DNA of 64,000 bases from the human T2T-CHM13v2.0 reference genome, Homo sapiens. A program made the position numbers and the translations under genes. The notes beneath the pieces were generated by a model. That model was given only the letters and a program-made list of their open reading frames with translations, did not search any database and was not told where the DNA came from. Positions within the stretch are counted from its first letter, which is position 1. The number at the start of each line of letters is the position of its first letter. The stretch lies in the NCBI RefSeq assembly GCF_009914755.1, contig NC_060930.1. One strand, given 5' to 3'. This document shows, in pieces, positions 38,035 through 51,564 of the stretch.

Positions 38035-38399
38035 GCAAAATATATTTATTACTCATAACTAATATACTTTCACATTTCTCTGATTATTTGTAAGACATTT
38101 CAGCATGTGGATGTGGGGAAGGGTGAGCCTGCCCCAGAAACATCTCCCTGCTGCCACCATGGCCACGGCTCGGCAGTCTCCCTTCACTGACTCCTGAAAC
38201 TCCACGTAAATCTACCATCACCCACCCCTTCTTTGACCGTTCCCTGCACCTTCTTGCTCACAGAAAGCTGGTGTTTCCCCCATTCCTCGGTGCATAGAGC
38301 CGACACCCCTCACATTCTTGGCCTGTTTCCAGGCTGTTGTAGTTGCTTCAGCACGTGGTGGTGCACAACACCCATTCGATCGTGCTCATAGATTCTGGG

Positions 38400-38724
38400 C
38401 GTTGAGTCCAGGCAAGGCATGGCAGGCACCACCTGTCCCGGCTCCCACGTCTGGGCTTGGCTGGAAGACCTGGAGTCAGACGAGTCTTCGTTCTCGCCTG
38501 TATCTGGCTCATGCTGGCTCTTAGATGGGGCTTGTGTCTCTCCATGTGAGCCTCTCATTGGTCCTGAAGACTAGTTAACTGATAACTGGATGGTAACTGG
38601 ATTCTGAACACAAGCTTTCTAAAGGCTAAAGAGCCAGGTAGAAGCCATGTTACTCTTTATAGCCCAGCCTCCGAAGTCACAGCATCCAGCATCTCTTCTG
38701 CCATATCCTGTTCATCAAGGCAGA

Positions 38725-38763
<39 letters not shown>

Positions 38764-38885
38764 AGTCCAAATTCAGAGATGAAGTAGCTGCTTCCTCTTG
38801 GCCAGGCAGGACAGAGTCCCAGGAAATCATGTGAGACCAGAAGTATTACTATGGCCATTTTTGGAAAATATGGTCTGCTGCACAC
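38400..38885 (-). mobile_element. MLT1-type MaLR LTR remnant containing a 36-nt A tract
   Basis: tctctccatgtgagcctctc, ccagcctccgaagtcaca...cttctgccatatcctgtt and gccatttttggaaaata resemble the reverse strand of MLT1. The left boundary is uncertain. Confidence 0.55.
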
Positions 38886-40049
38886 ACCATTTCCCCTTCT
38901 CCATAAAAGCCACAAACTTGGAATCTCATCATCCAACCTTGCCACCCACCAGTCCTCCCTGTTGGCCTTTGGGTTCCTGGCTGTCACTCTTCCCAGTATG
39001 ACTCTTGTAATAATTTCTGGCAGCCTTAGTATCCTGCAGCTAATCCTTCTGGTGCCCTGCTCTCAGTTCCTTGATGTCCCCTCCCAGTGATCTTGTTCTC
39101 CACCTTTGGCCTTGTAATTACCAGTTACTCAACTCCTTCGCAATCTCAGTCCCCAATACTCACTCTCCAGCCACACAGGTCATTACCTCTGGCACATGGT
39201 GATTCCTCCGTCAGACAGGAGCTGGTGCATTGACCCAGCACACTGCAGCCGAGTGCCTGTCATCATTCCTGGTCCCTTCCTCACCTGTTCTACCCTATCT
39301 GCTGACTTCCGTGGTCAATGGAAGTGACTTTCTTATATACACTACGTTGCCTCTCTCATTTTACTGTATCTATGTGGTAAAACCACACACCTAGGTTAAA
39401 TCCAACTCTGCTTTTAGAATGTGGCTAGAGAAAATCCCACAGTCATCCTTACTGGTCCCACCTTAAATCCAGTGAGCCCTGGGTACTGCCCGGTGGCCAT
39501 TCCCCACTTCCCCCTGCGCTCTTCAGATGCTTGGTTCGTGTCCTCTGCTCAGCCTTCCAGCACTACTCCTGTCCTCAGTCACAGGTGACAACTTTGCTTT
39601 CTGTAAGTTCTCACAGCCCTGTTTGCTAGCCTTCAAGCATCTGCATCATCAAGTCAGAATTCATAAACAGAATACCAGTAGAAACAGACAAATCCACAAC
39701 AGAGGGAGTATCTACTTTTTAACCTACCACATGGATGAGCTGACTCTGCCCCTACCTAAGGCCGTCTCTCCAGCTGTGAACCCAGGGTCCCTCAGCTGCT
39801 CAGACAGCCCCAGACAGCCCCTTGCCCCTGAGTCATCAGCGGTGTCCTCTCCATGCTGTCCCCCCCATCTTACAGAAAACCTCTGCAACCTGCTTCTCAC
39901 TCCAGCAGCCACATCATGTTTCTTTACCTTTATAGAAAAATAATGCTGAGCCCAGAATCCTAAGGTCAGCCAAATTAGCATTCTACACTAAGGAAAAATT
40001 AACACATTTTCAGGAATCAGAAATTCTTTGACCCATAGAGCCTTTCCAA

Positions 40050-41180
40050 GAGAAAGTGGATAGCAAAATGAGCACATCTAACGGGAATACATGGACAATG
40101 AGAAACAATGTTGAGTAAAGAAATTAGTAAAATTTCAGTCATTGCTAAACAACTATTAACCCAAAGCGAAGAAGCCAAACAATTGGAGACTAAATTTCCA
40201 TATTATTTCAAGGAAAGAGATGAATGAGGGCAATGAGATAAAAAGAAAAATAAAAGCATACTAAATTTCTTACCTTGCTTAGAAAGGATACAAATTTTTA
40301 TTAAATCTGGATGTTTTTGGAAAAATGTAAGTTTATGTATGTATGCTAAAATGTTAAGCATGCACATTAAAAGAAGAAAAGTAAATAATAAAAGGAAGGT
40401 CTTTATCATAACGTTCATGCATCTGGCATAATAAATGAAAATTACAAGCAAAATACAAGGAGAAATAGACCCAATAATAGGACACTTAACATGCATTTCA
40501 CTCTCAGAAATCAAAAGATTTTGTAAACCAAAAGAAATGACATACATTTGAGTAAGTCAGTAAACAAGCTTATTCTAATAGAAATATACAGAACAAATAG
40601 ATGCCTTTTTATTAATATTCTCAAACACAAATGGACAGTTCACAAAATTTAACCATGTAGTAGACCCCAAAGTAAACCTCAATCAAAATACTGAAAAGCC
40701 AATTTACTGAAATCACACAAGCCTATTTTCTGCCCTTAAGAAAATAGAGGCCAGGAGCGGTGGCTCACGTCTGTAATCCCAGCACTTTGGGAGGCCGAGG
40801 TGGGTGGATCACCTGAGGTCAGGAGTTTGAGACCAGCCTGGCCAACATGGAGAAAGCCTGTCTCTACTAAAAATAAAAAAATTAGCTGGACGTGGTGGCA
40901 GGCGCCTGTTGTCCCAGCTACTCGGAAGGCTGAGGCAGGAGAATTGCTTGAACACGGGAGGCGGAGGTTGTAGTCAGCCAAGATTGCGCTACTGCACTCC
41001 AGCCTGGGTGACAGAGCAAGACTCTGTTTCAAAAAAAAAAAAATACAATGATAAATCAACAACAAAAGGATAAAAAGCAAACATTTTTCCACTTAGAAAT
41101 TGACTCACCATTTAAAAATATTTACTGAGGAAATCTAAACCAAAATTACTTTTAGAAATAGAAGTGTTACCTTAAGAAAT
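40050..41180 (+). mobile_element. Heavily degraded L1 ORF2 fragment interrupted by an Alu
   Basis: A-rich sequence with L1 endonuclease-region remnants (caaggagaaatagac, ttcacaaaatttaaccat, aaacctcaatcaaa). Confidence 0.5.
40749..41043 (+). mobile_element. Alu (AluSx/Sz-like)
   Basis: Full dimer containing ggatcacctgaggtcaggagtttgagaccagcctggccaacatgg, with an A tail. Confidence 0.95.
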
Positions 41181-41186
41181 TCATGG

Positions 41187-42990
41187 GAGGGGAATGATAT
41201 CAGAGAAGATGGCAGAGCAGGAAGCACCAGAGATCCATATCCCCACCTAGACAAAAATGGCACAAAATGGCAGAAACTATCCAAAGTAACTATTTTGGAA
41301 CTCGGGAGTCTACTTGACAACTTGCAGCTTCTAAGGGGAAGCTTGCCTGGTAAGTTATGGTTCGTTTCCATCAGTTTTGGATGCCTGGTTCCCAAGTGCA
41401 TGGTAGACAGCCATGCACGCATTCCTGGTGCAGTTTGCTGGAGCCAGGATGAGCACTAAGGACCTTGTTCTCCAAATACCAGGGCTCCGTGTTGTGATTG
41501 CTGCTTTGGATCACTGAGTTCGGACAGAGACTGGGCACCATTGGTTCTGCCCACACTGGCTAAAGCACCTTCCATGGGATCTAAAGGAGTAACACCTGTG
41601 GGTTTCTATGGATTTGTTTTCGCTTTTTTGGGAGTCAGGCATTTAAGGATTAGGACATTCAAGAGCAACCATATATAAGGGAAAATTTAGAAAGCCACAG
41701 CACATGGCCAGGGGAGTGACAGGCTCAGAAAAGACCTAAGAGAACTGAGAAGTTTTTCCCTCAGGCTGGTCTTCACCACAGAGGCACCCTTTAACAATCA
41801 AAAAGCAAACCCAAGGGGAGAAGGATTATCTGATTTCCAGAGGTACAACGTTATAAGATTCAAATGTCTGTTTTTCAACAATAAAATCACATGGCTACAA
41901 GAAACAGGAAAGTATGGCCCATTCAAACAAAGAAAAATAGAAAGTATTTCTGAAGAAGCCTAGACATCAGGCTTACTGGACAAGACTTTAAAACAGCTGT
42001 CTTAAAGATGCTCAAAGAAAACATGGACAAAGTCCATTGAAAATGTATGAACAAAATGAGAATAACTCAATAAAGAGATAGAAATTACAAATAGGATCCA
42101 AAAAGAAATTCTGGATCTGAAAAGAACAGTAACTGAAATGAAAATTCACCAGAGGAATTCAAAAGCAGAACAATAAAGTATTGAGCAGGCAATAAAGAAT
42201 GAACAAACTTGAAAATAGGAAAATTATTGAGCCTGAGAAATGGAATGAAGAATGAAGAAACGTGAACAGAGCTTAAGGAACCTGGGGAACAGCAAGTGGA
42301 CCAACACACATTTCAGGGGTCTCAGAAGGGAAAGAGAGAGAGAAATAGAATAAATAATTCTGAAAACTTCTCATATTTGATAAAAGACATATAAATCTGC
42401 AAATCCAAGAAACTCAACAAACTCCAACTAGGATAAACTTAGAAAGAGACTCATACCAAGACACATTATAGCCAAACCATTGAGGACCAAAGGCAATCCT
42501 GAGAGTGAGAAGTTACTCCTCAGAGAGATTACAAGGGACCTTCAATAGAATTATTGCCAGTTTATCAGCAACCTTGGAGGACAGAGAGCAATAGGTAGAT
42601 ACATTTAAAATGCCAAAAGAAAAAAAACACTGTCAACTGAGAATCATCTATCTGACAAGACTATCCTTCAAAAATGAAGGAGACACTCCCAAATAAACAT
42701 AAGCTGAGGGAGTTCATTACCACTAGACTTGCTGTGCAAGAAATGCCAAAGGGAAATCGCTCAGGTTGAAATGAAAGGGCCCTAGACAGTAACTTGAAGC
42801 CACATGAAGCAGTAAAAAATCTCCAGTAGAGATAAATATATGGGCAATTATAAAAGCTAGCATTATTATAATTTTGGTTTGTAACTGCACTTTTTATTTT
42901 CTACATGATTTGAAAGACAAATGCATAAGAAACAACTGACTAATCTACATTATTGGGTTCACAGTGTATAAAGATGTCATCTGTTTCAAC
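41187..42990 (+). mobile_element. Old L1 5' region with ORF1 remnant
   Basis: Starts near aagatggcagagcaggaagc. ORF1-like motifs include aaatccaagaaactcaacaaactccaactaggataaa, ctatccttcaaaaatgaagga and gctgagggagttcattaccactaga. Confidence 0.75.
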
Positions 42991-43659
42991 ATTGTCTCCT
43001 ACAAGAATTCATTAGCTTGATTTCCCAGCCTACTTACTCTTTTTTAATTTGAGGTTTAATTTTTTCAAAGTAAAACATTCACATAGTTTAGAGAGTCAAA
43101 TAGTTCTATAGGCTGTTTTTAAAACACATCAGTCCCTTTCTGTGTTTCCCAGAAACACCTACTTATACTTTCAGCTTTTCAGATGATTGTTTCCTAATAA
43201 TCTGTGTATTTCTAAATAATATTCCTATTGCTATGTCTTTATTTTCTGTTTTAGGAATTACCTCTAGTGCTCACTATAGACATCAAAGGATTTCCTCTCT
43301 TGCCTCTCATCTCACTGCGTTTCCCAGTTCTCCCGAATGGTTTTAATTTTACTTAGTTTATAGTACTATTTCCATGAAATCACTGTTCACAGCTAAACTA
43401 AATAATTATAATTACTTTTACTTTTTCACTTATCATTTGTTTTTCCCGAGATTCTTGTTTTTTTTTTTCCTGTGGGTTTATTTAGTTTTCTATACATTTA
43501 TCATAATTTCAGTTCTCAGTTATAGAAATCTCATTTCAGTATACCTATACATTAGGTATCCTGTCAATTTCATCTTCTCGACATATCTTCTGCTCACTGG
43601 CCCAACCCTGCCTTGTGAGCTGTGGCTGTTATCCCTCTCTCTGGAGCTGGGGCCCTGAG

Positions 43660-45320
43660 TCCCATACAATCCTCTTTCTTGATTTATTTCCTTCTCCTGA
43701 GAAAAGAGGAGAATAGGGAATATGTTTTTGAGGCCTTGCAGGTCTGAAAATGTCTTTATTACACTTTCATATTTAATTGAAAGTTTACCTGGTTGTAGAA
43801 TTCTAGGTTGGAAATAATTTCTTAGAATTTTGAAGGCATTGCCTCATTGTCTCCCTGCTTCCACTGTTACAGGCAGGCATCTGATGCTTTTCAGGTTGTC
43901 GATGCTTTTCTGTATCCATATTTTCTCCCTGGATGTTTATAAGGTCCTCTGTTTGTCCCTATTTGTGTGAAATTTTGTGATGAGAGGCCTTAGTGTGGGT
44001 TTGTTTTTACCTACCATGCTGGGCACTCTGTAGAATTTTCAGTTTGGCCCCTCAGTCCTTCCATCACAGAACACATATCCTAGCAACTTAAATTGGCCTG
44101 ACCAGATGGCGGTGTGATTGCCTCAGTTCATCTTTGACTGTTAGCCTCATTATTGTAGAGAGTGTCCAATCAAACCATCCTACCTGAGCAGAAAGTGCAA
44201 GTGGTGTCTTCGCCACAGTTTCTGTCCCATCCTTAGCATCCTTGGGAGGAGGAAAATGGGTGGGAGGGTGTCTGACTTCTTCCCAGGTGGCCTTGTTATA
44301 ATTTTCTGGAAACTTCTTCCAGAATCCTTCTGTCTTGCCTCTTTCTGCTAAGCCTCCCTTCACAGTAGAAGCTGGTTTTGGTGTGCTGCCTCTATGTCAG
44401 TGAGCTTCCTACCCCTGTCATCCAATTCTCCACTTAAAAGACACAGCTCTTTCCATCTTTTCCCAATATTGGAAGCTTCCGCTTCAGAACCAATGTTCAA
44501 GATTTTGCATTACTGAGATTTCACTGCATTTACTTCAACTTTCCATGTCTTTTATTTGCCAACTCATCTCTGTCATTTCCCCTCTACAGGCTTGAGTATG
44601 TGACTCTGACCTGTGGTGAGGAAAGTGTTCTCCCCCACTCTTAAGGAGGTTGGGGTGGGTGAGCTTCCTTTTGAAAGGACCCAAGTGTGGCTGCCCTGTG
44701 GTCCTGGGGCACCTGGCAGTCCAGCCTCTTGGTGCTTCCAGTAGAGGATCCCATGGGGGAGGCCCAGCCCCTAGAGCCCTCAAGCCCCACCTCCCATTGC
44801 CAGTGCTCCTGTCTGCAAAGGTAGCAGTGACATAAAGCTAATTTATTTCTTTCAGATCTGGAAAAGTTTTCTTGAATGATTTCTTTGATGATTTTCTGCC
44901 CTCCATTTTATCTGTTCTGTTCCCCTTCTCAGAGGTCAGACACTATATCATAGTTCTGTAATGATCTTATATTTTCTCTCTTAATATCTGTCATTTTGCC
45001 CTACTTTCTGGGAAGGTTTCTCAACTTTATCGTTCATCCCTTCTATTAATTCTTTAATTTTACTGTTTCTAAATTGTGAAAGCCCAGACTCTTCCTTTTT
45101 TGTTGGAAAGTCTTTGTTTCATGGCCGCAGCACTTTGTCTTCTATCTCTGAGGAAATTGTGTCAGTAGTTTTATTTTGTTATTTCATAGTGTCCTTTGTA
45201 GACACTATTTTTTCCAAGTTTCTTTTTCTGTTTATTTGGTTGTTTCGGTCTGTTTTCATTTTCAGTTTTTTCCTCCAATGCCTGGTGATTCTTGAATGTC
45301 TTGTGTTGTGTAGGAGCTGG
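43660..45320 (-). mobile_element. Degraded antisense L1 ORF1-region fragments (discontinuous)
   Basis: T-rich sequence: tctgaaaatgtctttatt, tagaattctaggttggaaataattt and ttctttcagatctggaaaagttttctt. Confidence 0.55.
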
Positions 45321-48300
45321 GCTTTAAAAAGGTGGCCAAAAACCTGCCTGCCTGGTTGGGCCTTCAGCTGTCTTGTCAGTCATGGGGTCCTTGGGGAAGT
45401 CCTGATCCTAGAATTCTTAGCTCTTTCATGGTGGGCTGTCAGTTTCCTTAGATAAGAGTCCTCTGGTCTGTTCTTGGAGACACAAAGAGAATGATACAGT
45501 TTAGAAATTCTAGAGAAGCTCTGAGCCTTTGAAACTAGGGGAGGATAGGAGGTGACAGAGGAGGGCCTTGGGACAACCTCTAGGCTTCTGACTTGAGTTG
45601 GGCTCAGATTCCGCTCCCCCCCCACCCCCCCGCATGACCTTAGGAAACGCAGGGGAGGAGGACACAAGCAGAGGAGAAAGACACAGCTTTGAGGACCCCT
45701 ATGGCTGGGCAGCTGGTGTAGGGCCAGAGGTCTTGGCTCAGTGTCTGCCTCCTGTTAGCACAGGGCGTGGGCAGGACAGCCACCTTGAATCTGCACGTGT
45801 GTCTGAGAGGATAACACCTCCCCCAGGATTAAACAAGAGAATGTGTATCCATAAAGCATCTAGCCTTACACAGCACGGTGAGCAAACACCACCGTATTCG
45901 CAGTGGCACAGCTTCTTTCCAACACTAGAGGCGCGCAGGCCCGTCAGGCTGGACACAGGCATGGCAGGGACTGGCACCACTCAGGAATCTTGTAGAGACC
46001 CAAGAATAGAACCTGGGAACACCAGCACTCATGGGTCTATTGGAAAGGGTGAGTCTACAAAGAGGGGCAGGGAGAAAACTGATCACACAGCGCCACAGGC
46101 CATTAGAAAGGGCACATCCCAAGGAAAGACATGCGGTGTCCCTGAGATGCCAGTGATCCATAATTAGTCATAGGTTAAAATGGCTGAAAATGTGATCTTT
46201 GGTTTCAGCAATTAGGAGATCCATAGTGATGGCTTCGATCTTCCTTTCAGGAAGGGAGGGAGCAGGTCTGAAGGGCATTCTAGAATTAGGTCAGATATGT
46301 ACATAAAAAATAGAACAGTTTTCCCAACCAATCTTAACATTTCTTACAAATCCACAGATTGGTCACTTTGCCACATTTACACACACCTGGAGTTCAGCCA
46401 GTGCACTCAGAAAGGGAACTACAAGTGACAGATCCACAAGTCCACAGTCGACAGATGCTCAGCCTCAGCCACTTGCCTTTCCTGGGGCTGCGTCCCACGC
46501 CCCAGACCCTCCTGTTGCAGCCTCACTCTCTACAGGATGAGGGAGAGGTTGATTCTGTCACCCATCCCAGGAGTCAGCTTGGACTATCACATGATTGCTG
46601 GTGTTTTAGGTGGCCCAGCTGATACCTACTTGCCGGAATAGGACAGAACCCTTTCAGGGTTGAAGAAAGCATTGTTTAAAAACTTGGACATTGAACATAA
46701 AGTCAATACATCTTGCTTATTCTACAATCAAGGCATATGATGAAATTCACCGTGCATTTTACACAGATGCCCAGTACAGATGTGTTGCGTGGCATCACGT
46801 GGACGTGGCTTAAGCTGCTCTGCTGTGCTGTGCATCCTACATGCAGCAGTTAGAGTGGGGCTGACTCTTAGAACAACAAGGAGTTGAAGCAGAGTGGAGA
46901 CACAGCTCAGGGGGCTTCAAAGGACCTTCTGGCAGACACTTCATCAAAAACAACCTGCTGGCCACATAACAGTCTCACTGATCTTCACCCTTAAATACAA
47001 TGATTGTGTTTAACTTAAATATTTGTAAATTTTTACATAAACATGGTGAATGTGTTTTCAGAAAAGAATAAAGGAAGAACCATCTTCCTGTGGTCAGCAG
47101 CGGTTTGTGCTCTACTAAGTAGCTGAGAGCAGCCTCTGTGAGCTCTCTCCTTTGGAAAGGTGGAAAACAGCAGGAACACCTCTCCTCCATTCCACATGTG
47201 CCCTGGCCACATCTGCAGCACCAGCTCAGCATGCGGTGTCCTCTGACAGCTGCCCTCAAACCCGTCACCCTTGGGTTAGGATGCGATTTCATGCAAGTCA
47301 CTGTCACACTGGCTGGCTTGATACATACGTGTCTGGTGCAAGTTTATGGAGATGTGCACATCAGTGCATATGCTGTGACTTCTTGTTTAAGTTTGTCTTC
47401 TTAGAAATGCCCTTGTCATTAGCTCATGAGCTCTCTATTGGAGAGAGGAAGTGACTGGCCTGACTCAGGGCTCATAGAAGATGACCTGGTGGCACACACA
47501 GGGGTGGGCAAGAGTGTGCCCGAGGCCCCTCCTCCATTCCAGCATTTCATCTGCCAGCGCCTCGGACGAGGCCACCACACAGAGGAAGCACTACAGCCTC
47601 ACAGACTGAGGGCTTGGCGGCTCTCCTGGGTGTGTGACAATGTCCAATAATGCAGCCTTGTGACTTCTTCTTCTACAAATGGTCTGCTATTACTCGCAAG
47701 AAGACATAACTGTTTGCTTTTGGTTTTCATCAAGACCTGTTACTAAAGTTCGAGAGTTGGTAAGGCTGTAGGGCTTCTAAGACAGCCCTCCCAGGTGACA
47801 AGCGGAGTCCAGTGAGGTTTGCATGGGGTATTGTGACAGCGTCATCACCTGGCTCAGCTCTGCACTCGGCCATCCTTGGTTTTTGACTCCCTAAGACAGT
47901 GTCATCATCCTCAGGGAAGTGGGTTTGCTGCAGTTCAGGATTTCTCCAATTCAACTCATGTGTACATTCCCTTGGAAAGAAGAAAAAGTGTGGAGTCCTG
48001 TGTTGATTTGTGATTGCTAACCTAATGTTATTTAAATATGTGCAAACATAAATTAGATTCCTTATGCTTAGGGTTCTTTCTTAATACAACTTTCAATCTA
48101 AGGCATCACAGAAGTGAAATGAAAACAAAATTATAAACACACACTGTTGTTGCCACAACCCCCAGTAGCTCTCCGGGCCAGCCAGTGGCTTCTGAGGCCA
48201 ACCCATGAGCTTCACCCAGGAAGAGGGCTTCACACCCCACGATGGTTGATTGGAACCTCCTTCTGGGGGCTGCAGGGCAGGGGACAGCAGAGCAGAGAGG

Positions 48301-49358
48301 CCCAGGGAGGGGCCAGGTGTCAGGAGCTGCAGAAGCTTAAGACTGTGCCCAGGGCACCCACCACACCACCGTCTGGGCCCTGTTCCTTCCTACCCCTCCT
48401 TCCCCACGTACCTGCGATGTGAGCCTCACCTGAGCCAGAGCACCCCCCGACGTGCCACCCAGCTGCACGCCAAGTGTTGACTAAGGTCGGTGGTACCGGG
48501 GACAGGATTGCGAGGGGGACCCTGCTTCATCTACATTGTTTAAATGTCTGCAGCAAGAATGACTTCATGCATCATGTGATTGGAGATACAGAAAAAGAGG
48601 ATGGCCAGCAACCGTTTGTAAGCCTCAGATAAAGTGTCAATTTTTAAAGTACTCATTGCTTGGATTTAATTAATCGGACTTTTTTTTCTTTAAGTTTCAG
48701 CACCCTAGGGACGTGTATGTTAACTTTTTTCATCCATTGAACTTTTTGTTTAAACTTTCAAGCTCTCAGAAAGAAAACTAAGTAGGCCCTGGCATTTCCT
48801 GACTGCCACACAAATGCCTACCTTCTGTGTGTGGTGGGTCCATCTCTGCTCCCATGGTATGGAAGTAAGACCTGTGACCGTGAGCTGGCTGCACACACAT
48901 GTGGCATGTGGTGTAGCTTTCACTTACTTCCATCTTCTCAGAAAGAGCTGCACTGTGGCCCCAGCTTTCCACCGTGCCAAGGCTCCTTACACGCATCCTC
49001 ATTTTTGGCTTCAGGAGGAGAAGGCGCATGGCTGGGTCACGTGCTCACTCAGCAGAGGAGGCACCGGCCACTTCTGTGTCCTCCGGATGCCCCTGCTATA
49101 GGGAGAGGCAGCAGCACATGCGGGTCATCTTCCCAGAAGTCGGCGGCTCTTGGGGTTCTGGAGCATTGAACTTCCTCCTGTTTGATGCTACATTGAACCC
49201 CCAGGGTACAGCCTCGTTCTCACCATCTGCTTCCTGTCACACAAGCAAGAGCTGCTGGGTGCCTTTTCCATCTTGGTTCCCATTTTCCAAATGGTCCCAG
49301 AGGGACTTAGTAAAGCATTAGAAGAGCCCAGAGACTGGAAGCAAACACAAAATTGACC

Positions 49359-49458
49359 ATGAAATTTAGTCAAACGGTGATGAAATTTAGTCAAATGTTG
49401 ATGAGATTTAGTCAGTGATGAGATTTAGTCAAACGGTGATGAAATTTAGTCAAACTGT
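49359..49458. repeat. 21-bp tandem repeat, ~5 copies (atgaaatttagtcaaacggtg)
   Basis: Copies start at 49359, 49380, 49401 (17-bp short copy), 49418 and 49439. Confidence 0.9.
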
Positions 49459-49732
49459 CTTGAAACCAGCCAGTCATTGGAAATGCCCTGATTTCTTCCT
49501 TTTCCCTCACGTTGAGCCAAGTGCACGAGCTGGTCCTGGCTGCCTGGAAGGCTGCTGGCCATGTGCCTCTGCAGCCTCCCGTGCCGTCCTCGGGCCCCGT
49601 GGCCTGTGCTCCTGCTCCAGCCCCCATTTCCCTGACGGCCCTTGCTGCCTGCATGGCTGATTTTGCTCCTGCCATTGCTGCAGTAACGAAGCGCAGTGGG
49701 AAAGCCCCTCAGCCTGTAGAAACAGCCCTCGG

Positions 49733-50040
49733 CGGCCGGGCGCGGTGGCTCACACCTGTAATCCCAGCACTTTGGGAGGCCGAGGCTGGCGGATCACGAG
49801 GTCAGGAGATGGAGACCATCCTGGCTAACACGGTGAAACCCCATCTCTACTAAAAATAAAAAAAATTACATGGGCGTGGTGGCGGGCACCTGTAGTCCCA
49901 GCTACTCAGGAGGCTGAGGCGGGAGAATGGCGTGAATCCAGGAGGTGGAGCCTGCAGTGAGCCAAGATGCACCACTGCACTCCAGCCTGGGTGACAAAGT
50001 GAGACTCCGTCTGAAAAAAAAAAAAAGAAAGAAAAGAAAA
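49733..50040 (+). mobile_element. AluY-like element with a clear TSD
   Basis: Diagnostic gagaccatcctggctaacacggtgaaacccc and gagaatggcgtgaa. TSD agaaacagccct is present on both sides. Confidence 0.93.
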
Positions 50041-51564
50041 GAAACAGCCCTTGGCTTGCAAGCTGTTCATTTTTCTGAAGGAGGAAATTGAAGGGTGAAA
50101 TCAGCCTTTCTAAGAATCTGATTCATCTCATTATTGCCAGCATTATTAGATGTTAGATAAAAAACAGTTAATTTCAACCTTTTCTACCTGGCACGTTATC
50201 TGAACTAAAAAGAAAGAGAAGAAGCAGCCCTTCAAAAATAGATTTATCTTTATTTCTTTATGGCTTCCCAAAAAGTCTCTTTTATCTGTGGAAGCTGGAG
50301 TAAGAATAAACCCCATAAGACACATTATGAGAGACTGAGGTGATTTCTGTTGGCAGCACCCACACCCTGGGTTGGGGTCCCTCAGGCCTCACCCTAACCA
50401 GGAGACAACCTGAGAACCCAGGGCACTGCGTCCACGTGTGACCGTGGACATCAGGAGAGCACCGGCTCTTCACTGATTACAGCTTTGCGTTTCCCCACGG
50501 GGGCCACTGAACTTTAATCACGTTTTCAATAAAACCAGATAAAGTAGTCAGGAAGGTCATGCGGGTCATATGTTTCCCCACTGGCTCTCTCTACGATTTC
50601 ACTGTCTTCTGATCCCATCTTATATGAGACACATTTAATACCAAGAGTGAAAGGGGCCCTGGGTGTGTTTCTCGGTGTCCACTCAGCCCTCTGCCCCTTT
50701 GTGAGCATCAGGTTTATACGTTTTTATGAAATGGTGGGAGACAGGCTCTCCCTTGATGCAGTCCCTGTAGCTATAAAAATATGGACAATGCAGATAATTC
50801 TGTTAAATTAAGATACCAATTCGTCTATTAAATCAATTGCTTCCAGCCACAGCCCTTGTTATTCAAATCAAGACAAAAAAAAGTCTGTGGAGTGTGAGGA
50901 GGCAGCTGAACCTGTCTCTTCCAGAAGCTCCTCTGGGGATGAGAGATGGGCAGGAAGCAGCGTGTGTTTGTGAAGGAGAAACGTGAATTCCATGTGAAAG
51001 GGAGTATGTTTTCTAACTTGGGGTTGGAGTTGGCTATCGGGAAGCTGGTTCTGAGATGGTGGTGTCGGTGCTGGAGGTGCCACCCCTCGGGAGGCTGTCT
51101 GGGTTCTAAGGTGGCAGCACAAATTTACAGTTCTAGAACTGTATTTCTATCTGAAAGGGTTTAACAGTCAGATGCTCTTTTTTTCCTCAGAAATCCTCCT
51201 CTATCTTTGCTACTTTACAATATTCTGGGGTTTTGTACATTTCCTGGCAACAATTTGACCCTTCCATCTCAAAGCTGGTTTAAAGGAGGGTTCACCATCG
51301 GTTGGCATGAAGTGAGACCGAGCTGTCAGCTTTTCATAAAAGTTCTCCCAGCACAGAATCGGCTGACTCCTAAACTAAATATTTCTGCGTTTATATATTG
51401 CTTTCCTGTTATGTTTGGATACTGGAAGACTTTTTTCTCTTACGAAAAAGCAGCAGGCACTCATTGAGCCATGAGGGTTGCCAGGGTGCTGTGGGTAAGT
51501 GACCAAAGACAGAAATCAGACGGTCACAGACAACACAGCTTCTGCCCAACCCAGTTACCCTCCA

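Larger units (their letters stand above)
35759..38060 (+). other. FAM120B: FAM120B terminal 3' UTR exon (3' end approximate; a short form would end near 36075)
   Basis: Acceptor ctcttgcttcctccag| at 35758. AATAAA occurs at 36054, 37781 and 38029. Confidence 0.7.

Noticed and set aside
45598-46167. 189-aa ORF
   Set aside because: It has a non-ATG start, no recognisable domain and no convincing exon structure. It is probably a chance ORF in GC-rich sequence.
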